DNA of 64,000 bases. Source: Alphaproteobacteria bacterium. GTDB taxonomy: Bacteria; Pseudomonadota; Alphaproteobacteria; UBA7985. Positions within the stretch are counted from its first letter, which is position 1. Every line of letters starts with the position of its first letter. The translations under genes and the position numbers were made by a program. Positions 9,809 through 17,275 of the stretch are shown in pieces. The stretch is taken from contig CBFHUI010000004.1 in the NCBI GenBank assembly GCA_965658725.1, positions 2,825 to 66,824 of the forward strand. The letters run 5' to 3'. The notes under the pieces were generated by a model, which saw only the letters and a program-made list of their open reading frames with translations, was not told where the DNA came from and did not search any database.

Positions 9809-11659
9809 ATGTGGTCCCTCACGCCTGCGCTGCTGCGCGCCCTAGACCCTGAAACCGCGCACCACGTGACTTTGCGCGGGTTGCGGCTGGGGCTGCACCC
9901 TCGTTTTCGCCAGCGTAAAGCGGCGCCCGCAGGTCAGCTGTTTGGCAAAGACCTGCCCAACCGCCTGGGCCTTGCAGCCGGGTTCGACAAGGACGCTGAG
10001 GCCGTCGCGGCACTGGCGGCGCTGGGCTTTGCGGCGGTTGAGGTTGGCTCGGTTACCCCGCAGCCCCAACCGGGAAACCCGCGCCCCCGCGTGTTCCGCC
10101 TGCCCGCCGACCGCGCTGTCATCAATCGTTACGGTTTTAACTCTGGCGGCCACGATCTGGTGCGCCGCAACCTCGACCGTCTTCGCCCGGAGCAGCGCCC
10201 GCCGCTGTTGGGCGTCAATCTGGGGGCCAACAAGACCTCCGAGAATGTTCCAGCGGACTTCGCGCTGGGTGTCAGCCGGTTTGCCGACATTGCTGATTAT
10301 CTGGTCATCAACGTATCCAGTCCAAACACGCCGGGCCTGCGGGATCACCAGACCATCGACGCGCTGGCTCGCATCCTCGACCTCGCCCTCGATGCCCGCG
10401 CACAGACCGCACCGACGCCGCTGATGCTCAAGATTGCCCCTGATCTAGCCGATGAAGACGTCGCCGCCATCGTTGATCTTGCGCTCGACCGGGGGATCGA
10501 GGGCCTGATCGCGACCAACACCACCATTGCCCGGCCCGACGGCCTGAAGGGCGCAGCGCAGACCCAAGCGGGCGGGCTATCCGGTCAGCCGCTGTTCGAG
10601 CGTGCGACCGAAGTGCTGACATCCATCCGGGAGCAGGCTGACGACCGCCTCGTCGTCTTTGGCACTGGCGGTGTTTCGACCCCGGAGCAGGCGCAGGAAA
10701 AGGTCCGCCGGGGCGCTGATCTGGTCCAGCTCTACACGGGCCTGATTTATGGCGGTCCGGCACTGGTCCGGCCGCTCATGCAGGCGGTTTCGCTGCCGAC
10801 GAAGACCCAGCGGGTGAGCGGGCTCAATCAGCTGATCGACGAGCGTCGCTATCGCGGGCTGATCGTCGATCTGTGGGGGGTCATGCACAACGGTAAGGCG
10901 CTCTTCCCCGAAGCGGTCGAGGCGTTGCGCCGCGCCCGGCAGCGGGGGTTGCAGGTGCAGTTCCTCTCCAACGCACCGCGCCGCGCGCACTCCATCGCTG
11001 GCCTGTTGGAGAAAATGGGCCTCCGGGCCGAGAGCTACGACGGCATTGTCTCCAGCGGTGAAGAAAGCTGGCAGGCGCTGCGCGACCGAACGGCGCTGTT
11101 CTATGAAGAACTTGGCCCGCGCTGCTTCCATTTGGGAGCGGGTGAGAAAGACGCAAACATGCGCGAAGGGCTGGATTTTGCCTTTCAGGATCAGCTCGAC
11201 GGCGCAGACTGGATCCTCAACACCGGCCCAGCCGCCAGCACGGATATCGCCGAGTGGCTGCCGCTGCTGCGGAAGGCGCTGGCGCTGGACCTTCCCATGG
11301 TGTGCGCCAACCCGGACCGCGTGGTCATGCGAGGCGAGTCCAAGGAGCTGTGCGCGGGCGCGCTCGCTGAGTGGTACGAGGCCGAGGGCGGGGTCGTCAG
11401 CTGGCACGGCAAGCCCTATCCATCGGTTTACGCCACCGCCCGCCGCGCCATGAACCTCCCGCGCCACGAAGTCCTTGCCATTGGCGACAGCTTCACCACC
11501 GACGTTGCGGGGGCGCAGACGGCGGGGATCGACGTCCTGCTGGTCAACACCGGCATCCACCAAAGCGACCTCGATGGCGATCTGATGGGCGGCGTTGACC
11601 GCCTCTCTGTCGAAAAAGGCCTGCGCCCGACGTTTGCGGCTGACAGGTTGCAGTTCTAA
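9809..11659 (+). CDS. pyrD: Fusion: quinone-dependent dihydroorotate dehydrogenase + HAD-IIA hydrolase (TIGR01459-like)
   Basis: Residues 1-~330: LAAGFDK, NRYGFNS, VINVSSPNTPGLR, KIAPDL, GGLSG, LYTGLIYGGP. Residues ~336-616: DLWGVMHNG, FLSNAPR, CANPD, HGKP, IGDSFTTDVAGA. No stop codon between the parts. Confidence 0.9.
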   Translation: MWSLTPALLRALDPETAHHVTLRGLRLGLHPRFRQRKAAPAGQLFGKDLPNRLGLAAGFDKDAEAVAALAALGFAAVEVGSVTPQPQPGNPRPRVFRLPADRAVINRYGFNSGGHDLVRRNLDRLRPEQRPPLLGVNLGANKTSENVPADFALGVSRFADIADYLVINVSSPNTPGLRDHQTIDALARILDLALDARAQTAPTPLMLKIAPDLADEDVAAIVDLALDRGIEGLIATNTTIARPDGLKGAAQTQAGGLSGQPLFERATEVLTSIREQADDRLVVFGTGGVSTPEQAQEKVRRGADLVQLYTGLIYGGPALVRPLMQAVSLPTKTQRVSGLNQLIDERRYRGLIVDLWGVMHNGKALFPEAVEALRRARQRGLQVQFLSNAPRRAHSIAGLLEKMGLRAESYDGIVSSGEESWQALRDRTALFYEELGPRCFHLGAGEKDANMREGLDFAFQDQLDGADWILNTGPAASTDIAEWLPLLRKALALDLPMVCANPDRVVMRGESKELCAGALAEWYEAEGGVVSWHGKPYPSVYATARRAMNLPRHEVLAIGDSFTTDVAGAQTAGIDVLLVNTGIHQSDLDGDLMGGVDRLSVEKGLRPTFAADRLQF

Positions 11660-11828
11660 TTTGAATTATCTGAGATTACGCGAAAAAAGACGTTGAAGCC
11701 TTTGTAAAACTGCGTTATTTCTTCTGGCATTATGCGGCAGTGTCGATTCATTTTTACGACACGCCTTCGATTTTTCAGCCCCGTGTTTGAGTCTCGGGGC
11801 GCGCATTTGATGTTCAGGAGCAGTGCCC

Positions 11829-14570
11829 ATGACGGCGCAGTTAAAGCCCGCTTCACGCTTTGAATCCTACACACCGACGCTTGTCTTCGCCCTGATCATG
11901 ACGGGTGCCTGGCTGGTCGCGGGTTGGTCTTTGTTTGGCTACTACGGCGGCCCGACCGCCTTTGCCAGCCTGAGTCCAGCGGAAGTAGGGCTGGTGATTT
12001 GCGGGGGCTTGCTGCCGCTTATGGCGATCTGGATCCTGTGCGGCATGCTGGTTGTAGGCACGCGCTTGCGCAACTCGATGATGCAGGAGCTTAGCACCCT
12101 GCGCACCGTGAACATCATGCCCGAGGAAACCCAGGCTCACATCAAGTCGATCACCCGCGCCTTTGAAGACCGCGTTGGGCACTTGCAGGGCGTGACCAGC
12201 GGTATTCTGACCTCGCTGGAGTCCGCGACAGGCCAGTTTGAGCGGCAGTCGGATATGCTGGAGGCGCTGTCCTACCGCGTTGATGAGCAGTCGAACACGA
12301 TTTCGACCGCACTGAGCATTCAAGGCAATCAGCTGACCGGGGCCGAAGGACGGATTGACCGCATGGTCAACCGCATGAAGCACGCCATGGAAGACGTCCG
12401 CGATGCGGGCGAGACCTTCCGCGAGAACCTCTCCAAGCCGATCGCTGAAGTCCAAGACACGCTCGCCGACGCGACCGCTTCGATCCATACGCAGATCGAC
12501 GACATCTGGTCCCGGCTGGAGCTGCTCGACGCCGCGCAGGCCGAGACCGAAGAAGCCACGGCCCGGACACGCGCCGCGCTGGAAGCGGAGTCCGAGAACC
12601 TGCGCCACACCGCTGACGAGGCCCTCGCGAATGTAGAGAGCATGTCGCTCAAGCTGACCGGGCAGATTGATTTGCTCAAGACTGTGTCTGACGATGCCAA
12701 CGACGTGGCGGATCAGATGCAGGGCCGGTTGGAAGAGCAGTCCAAGGCGCTGCGGCAGGCGGGCAATGACCTTTCCACCCACGCCAACGAACTGCATCAG
12801 GCGATTCAGGATCAGGCGGCGCACCTCACGCATTTGCAGGAGTCCGTTGATACATACGGCGGCGCGATCTCTGAAGAGTTCGAAAAGAAGATCGAGAAGC
12901 TCATGAATTCGGCACGCGAGGCGGCGGCTATTGTCGGTGAGGAAACAGCACTTGCCACCCGCCGCGCGATCGACGAGCTGTCGGAGAACGGCGACAAGCT
13001 CACCGGCAACATCAGCTTCGTCTCCGAGCGGGTTGAGCAGCTGACCGAAGCGCTCGAAACCGGCGCGGCGACGCTCAAGGAAACCGCGCTCTCGGCCAAG
13101 GCGGCGATGCAGGCCGGGGCTGACGAAGCGGCGAAGACCATGACGGACTCGACCAAGGGCGCAGAGGTTCGCTTTGTCGAGCTCGGCGACGCTTGGGCCG
13201 ATGCGCTGGAGGAGCAATCTTCGCGGCTCGAAAGCTTGCAGGAGATGGCAACCGCGGCTGAAGACAGCACCTTTGCCCGCGCTGAAGAGGCTGTTGTGCA
13301 CCTCGCCGAGCGCCTCGACCATGCGCTGCAGGAACGGTTTGAGGATGAACACGGCGCCTTTAACACCGCGCAACGGCAGATTGATGCTGCGGCACAGCGG
13401 ACCGTGAACAACTACCACCGCTTGGTCGGCAGCTTTGTCGATGATCTGACCAAGAAGGCCGGGGCTGAGATGGAATGTCTCATGACCTGGGGGCAGGAAA
13501 TTCCGCGCGCCGCCGAGCACCTGCGCGAAACAGCGGCTGAGGTTGTTCACTTGATGGACGAGAAGACCAAGGCTCTTCTTACCCGCACCGATGAAGTGCG
13601 CCACGCGACCACGGATGCACTGTCTGCAACGCAAAGCCTGTTCGATGGGATCTCGCAGGGGCCGGAGCGCCTGACGGAGACGGTGACGGCGCTGCGCGAT
13701 GCGTCGTCTTCGGCGGTCGAAGATCTACGCCTGCAAACCGAGACGCTGAACTCCTTGCTGGTGGACAGTCGCAATCGGTTGGTCCGGTTGACTGAGAAGT
13801 TCCATCAGGGCGTCAACGACGACGCGGTTGACTCTCGTCTCATGCGTTTGGCCGAGGCGATCGAAGCGGGTGAAGGCGCGCTGCGTCAGGCGGCGTCTGC
13901 GTTTGACGATACGACCCATCAGGCGGCTGAGTCCGCGCATTCGGCGGCAGGCCGTTTGCTCGAAACCTCTCGCCTTGTCGGCGCGCAAGTTGAGATGCTG
14001 CGGGATATGACCACCAACACGGAAAGCGCCAACAACCTGCGGCGTGTGACCGATCAGGCTGACGAGCTGCGGGTGATCCTTGAACAAATCGGGGTCGCGG
14101 CGGAGAACCACCAGCTGACGCTGGTCCGCGTGACGGAGGAGGCTAAGAGCCAGTCGGAAAAGCTGCTCCAGACGGTGAAGCACTCCGAGCGAGATGCCTT
14201 CCTCAACGAAGCGTCATCCATGGTTGAGGCTCTGCACCAGGCGGCGATTGACGTTGACACCATCCTCGACGGTGATCTGCCGGGCGATGTGGTGATGGCG
14301 ATCAATGCGGGTGACCGAGGCGTGTCTGTCCGCCGCCTGCTCAGCCGCTACACTCCTGCAGGCGCTGCGGCCATGGCGGACCTTTATGCCCGCGACCGGG
14401 CCTTTACGGCACAGGTGGACCGCTACTTGGAAACCTTCGACAGCCTGCTCGAACAGGCCAACCGCGTGGACCGGTCCAAGCTGCTGCACACGACCTTCCT
14501 GACCGCAGACATTGGCAAGCTTTACGTCTTCCTTGCACGGTCGATCGGGGTGATGCAGGCCGCCGAGTAG
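11829..14570 (+). CDS. Membrane-anchored long helical protein, TipN/GPR(RgsE)-like polar scaffold
   Basis: Two N-terminal TM helices, about 750 aa A/E/L/T/Q-rich helical region, C-terminal LYARDRAFTAQVDRYLETFDSLL...FLTADIGKLYVFLARSIG resembling the conserved end of alphaproteobacterial polar landmark proteins. Confidence 0.65.
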   Translation: MTAQLKPASRFESYTPTLVFALIMTGAWLVAGWSLFGYYGGPTAFASLSPAEVGLVICGGLLPLMAIWILCGMLVVGTRLRNSMMQELSTLRTVNIMPEETQAHIKSITRAFEDRVGHLQGVTSGILTSLESATGQFERQSDMLEALSYRVDEQSNTISTALSIQGNQLTGAEGRIDRMVNRMKHAMEDVRDAGETFRENLSKPIAEVQDTLADATASIHTQIDDIWSRLELLDAAQAETEEATARTRAALEAESENLRHTADEALANVESMSLKLTGQIDLLKTVSDDANDVADQMQGRLEEQSKALRQAGNDLSTHANELHQAIQDQAAHLTHLQESVDTYGGAISEEFEKKIEKLMNSAREAAAIVGEETALATRRAIDELSENGDKLTGNISFVSERVEQLTEALETGAATLKETALSAKAAMQAGADEAAKTMTDSTKGAEVRFVELGDAWADALEEQSSRLESLQEMATAAEDSTFARAEEAVVHLAERLDHALQERFEDEHGAFNTAQRQIDAAAQRTVNNYHRLVGSFVDDLTKKAGAEMECLMTWGQEIPRAAEHLRETAAEVVHLMDEKTKALLTRTDEVRHATTDALSATQSLFDGISQGPERLTETVTALRDASSSAVEDLRLQTETLNSLLVDSRNRLVRLTEKFHQGVNDDAVDSRLMRLAEAIEAGEGALRQAASAFDDTTHQAAESAHSAAGRLLETSRLVGAQVEMLRDMTTNTESANNLRRVTDQADELRVILEQIGVAAENHQLTLVRVTEEAKSQSEKLLQTVKHSERDAFLNEASSMVEALHQAAIDVDTILDGDLPGDVVMAINAGDRGVSVRRLLSRYTPAGAAAMADLYARDRAFTAQVDRYLETFDSLLEQANRVDRSKLLHTTFLTADIGKLYVFLARSIGVMQAAE

Positions 14571-14596
14571 GCGCTCGCCCGGATAGGACGATCAAG

Positions 14597-14636
14597 AAAA
14601 GCGCCGGCTGCTCAGGTGAAACTGAGCGGCCGGCGC
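14597..14636. terminator. Intrinsic terminator between convergent genes
   Basis: AAAA-GCGCCGGCTGCTCAG-GTGAAA-CTGAGCGGCCGGCGC, 15-bp stem; T-tract on the minus strand. Confidence 0.85.
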
Positions 14637-14667
14637 GTGTCGTTCTGGGGCGGTTGAGGCGGGGCGT

Positions 14668-15237
14668 CTACTGGCCGCGCGACACAGCTTGCATGATGTA
14701 ACTGGCGGAACCCGGGCGGGCATAGACTTCGGGGAAGCCTTCCGCGCTGTACGCAGGCGCGGCGTAGCCCATGGGCCTCGCGCTGGGAACGCCGTAACCG
14801 GGCAGGCCAGAGGTATCGTGCACCACCATGACGTTCGAACCGTAGCCCTGCATCTGATCGGCGGCGGCGACTTGCCCCTGATAGGACAGGATCGACTGCG
14901 CCTGCTCAGCGTAAGTCGCGCTGTCCTGCATGCTGTATCCATGGCCGTGGCCAGAGACGTGGGCCGAGCCGTAACCGGCCGATACCGCAGGCGCGGCGTA
15001 CTGGACGTGGGGCGCGTACGTGGGCTGGGCGGCATAACCGGTCTTGGTATAGGCTTGGTGCGTGTTGGCTGCTGCAACGTGCGCGTTGCCGCCGTATGAG
15101 AAGGTCACAATCGACCCTGCTGGAGCGGGCGCGTAGCCGGTTTTTGAGTAGCTGTAGGATTGGGCTTGGGCAGTTTGTACAGCGAAGACCCCGGCGATCA
15201 GCGCCGCCGGGATGATCAAATATTATAAGGTCCGCAT
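14668..15237 (-). CDS. Secreted Tyr/Ala/Gly-rich low-complexity protein B; in-frame TAA at codon 5 (or alternative TTG start at 15219)
   Basis: ATG CGG ACC TTA TAA TAT TTG ATC ATC CCG = MRTL*YLIIPAALIAGVFAVQTAQA; mature part has YxKTGYA twice and YAAP/YAP repeats. Confidence 0.7.
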
Positions 15238-15323
15238 GAAACTCTGCTTCTTCAAAAGGTCTAAATTGGTCGTCCAAACGGGCGCTCGGATTGGGAGCGA
15301 AGCGCCGCAGTAGCGAGATAAAC

Positions 15324-15339
15324 TGCAATGGTAGGGCCA
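15324..15339 (-). promoter_or_regulatory. sigma54 promoter of protein B gene
   Basis: Minus strand TGGCCCTACCATTGCA: GG-N10-GC with TGGC and TTGCA. Confidence 0.65.
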
Positions 15340-15459
15340 GTCGGGAGGAAGGACTGGCTCTGCGCATAAGGGCGGTTTACTCGGACCAAATCACCAAAAG
15401 AGAGACAATAAAGTGTCTTGCACGCAGAAGGGGCAGAACCGAATTGCGACGGTGGTCGC

Positions 15460-15999
15460 TTACTGAGTCGGAATAATTTGCGGGTAGGACGCAGATTGGG
15501 CCGGCTGAGCATAGGGGTTCGCCGCTGGCTGAGCTTGCGGGTAGCCCTGCGCGAGTGCCTGCGGAGCAACCTGCTGCTGGCCATACTGAATGACCTGCTG
15601 TTGCTGTTGCTGCTGGACCATCGCCCCTTCAACGCCGCTCACCACAGGCAGAACAGCGGCTTCATACACCACCGGCTTTTGCGTGGTGTAAACCTGCTGC
15701 ACTGGCAACTGAACAGGCTGTTGGTAGTAGGTGAAGGTCTGCGGCGCGTAGACCGGAATGCGGGCCTTGCTGTAGACCGCAGGCGCGCCGCCGGTCGCGG
15801 CGTAGCCGGTGCCGTGGGCAGACGGCATGTGATAGCCTTGGCCCTGGTGCGTGAAGTTCACCACGCTGTTGGGGTTGATCGCAACCTGGGGCGCGTAGCC
15901 GGTCTTGTTGTAGACCATGGGAGCCTGAAATTGTGCGGAGGCCACAGTCGGTGCGATCATCAGAGCACCGAGGCCTGCAAGCAGAAGAGAACGTAACAT
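15460..15999 (-). CDS. Secreted Gln/Tyr/Pro-rich low-complexity protein A (paralog of B)
   Basis: AGGAA Shine-Dalgarno; signal peptide MLRSLLLAGLGALMIAPTVASA; YNKTGYAP...SVVNF; Q7 tract; no Cys/Trp/Asp. Confidence 0.8.
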   Translation of the reverse strand: MLRSLLLAGLGALMIAPTVASAQFQAPMVYNKTGYAPQVAINPNSVVNFTHQGQGYHMPSAHGTGYAATGGAPAVYSKARIPVYAPQTFTYYQQPVQLPVQQVYTTQKPVVYEAAVLPVVSGVEGAMVQQQQQQQVIQYGQQQVAPQALAQGYPQAQPAANPYAQPAQSASYPQIIPTQ

Positions 16000-16050
16000 G
16001 GGCAGTTCCTAGAGGAATGAAACGAAAAGCAGAGAGCTTCCCGCCTCCTC

Positions 16051-16066
16051 CGCAAACGCGATACCA
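16051..16066 (-). promoter_or_regulatory. sigma54 promoter of protein A gene
   Basis: Minus strand TGGTATCGCGTTTGCG: GG-N10-GC with TTGC; predicted TSS about 41 nt before the ATG. Confidence 0.6.
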
Positions 16067-16129
16067 AGTCAGTTTTCACTACTTTCGGGCAGATTAGGCC
16101 CCACTTTGCCTCGTTTTTCCCTACGCTCA

Positions 16130-16161
16130 CGCATAAGAAAATGCGGTGACAAAGTTATGCG
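16130..16161. promoter_or_regulatory. Palindromic candidate upstream activator sequence
   Basis: CGCATAA-N18-TTATGCG with nested CGCAT-AAGAAA-ATGCG, about 90-120 nt upstream of the predicted sigma54 TSS. Confidence 0.4.
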
Positions 16162-16174
16162 CCCCCTATCCCCA

Positions 16175-17170
16175 TTATCCGACATCGTCCTTGAGGCTTC
16201 TGGCCAGCAGTTGGGTCATGAGGTCCTGAGGCGAGAGATTGTCCCGGATGAGCTGCCCCACGGCCTGCGAGATCGGCAGATCCAGCGCAGCGGTGCGCGC
16301 TCCGGCCAGCAGGGCGAGCGCGGCCTGCGCGCCTTCGACCGTGATGCCTTGGGCGAGTAGGGCATCAGCCTGCCCGCCTAGTCCCAGCTGAACACCAAAG
16401 CGATGATTGCGCGACTGGCTGTCCTGACAGGTCAGCGCCAGATCGCCAAGACCGGCCAACCCAGCAGCCGTCCGCTGCTGCCCGCCGTAAACAGCGATGA
16501 CCCGCTCGATCTCCCGGAGGCCGCGCGTCATCAGTGCTGATCGCGCGCTCGCGCCCAGCCCCATACCGTCCGAACAGCCACAGGCGATGGCAATCACGTT
16601 CTTGAGGGCCCCGCAGACCTGCACGCCAACAGGGTCGTCGCGCTGATATAGGCGGAGTTGGGGTGTGCTCAGCTGTTCGATCATGGCGGTTTGAACGCCG
16701 TTGGCGGCGAGCGTCAGAGCGGTCGGACGACCTGCAAACAAGTCTGCGGCAAAGGAAGGCCCGCTCAGTACCGCCAGACCACCGGGCGGGCTCAAGGCTT
16801 CGCTCAACAAGTCGCCCGTAGCGGTGGCAAAGCCCTTGGAAACGGTGACAACTTGGCAAGTCTGGGGCACGTGCGGGGCCAGCGCGGCAAAGACCTCAGC
16901 CTGCGCGCGTGCCTTGACCGCAAGGATCAGGACGTCGCCAGGCGCCATTGCTTCGCCTGCCGCGCCAAAGCGGTCGAGCGTGCCAGCCCGTACACCAGTG
17001 AGCGGCAAACAACCCGGTACGCGCGGGTTGTGGCCATCGTGGTTCAGCCGTTCTGCCTGCTCAGGATCCCGGCACCAAAGCTGCACCGACACATCGGCCG
17101 AGAGCCAGACTTTGGCCAGCGCGGAGCCAAAGGCACCGGCGCCAACAATATGCACGCTCCCCCGGCTCAC
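16175..17170 (-). CDS. gpsA: NAD(P)H-dependent glycerol-3-phosphate dehydrogenase
   Basis: IVGAGAFGSALA, SKG, LSGPSFA, GALKNVIAIACG, GLGDLALTC..SRN, VEG. Confidence 0.95.
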   Translation of the reverse strand: MSRGSVHIVGAGAFGSALAKVWLSADVSVQLWCRDPEQAERLNHDGHNPRVPGCLPLTGVRAGTLDRFGAAGEAMAPGDVLILAVKARAQAEVFAALAPHVPQTCQVVTVSKGFATATGDLLSEALSPPGGLAVLSGPSFAADLFAGRPTALTLAANGVQTAMIEQLSTPQLRLYQRDDPVGVQVCGALKNVIAIACGCSDGMGLGASARSALMTRGLREIERVIAVYGGQQRTAAGLAGLGDLALTCQDSQSRNHRFGVQLGLGGQADALLAQGITVEGAQAALALLAGARTAALDLPISQAVGQLIRDNLSPQDLMTQLLARSLKDDVG

Positions 17171-17275
17171 TGGCCTGCGTTCAAAAAGTGTTGAAGCATA
17201 GCGGCTCCTCCCTTGTTCTCAGGGCCATTAGTCTGCACATCACTTGTATTCCATATCAGTAGAAAGCGCCGCTTG

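Noticed and set aside
11853-13634. 593-aa antisense ORF (also 8229-9515, 25331-27136, 27840-30428 and similar)
   Set aside because: Shadow frames opposite well-supported genes, expected from high-GC codon bias; no recognisable motifs
15595-15615. Poly-Gln tract as a slippage or phase-variation repeat
   Set aside because: Codons are mixed (CAG CAG CAA CAG CAA CAG CAG), consistent with protein-level selection rather than a pure microsatellite
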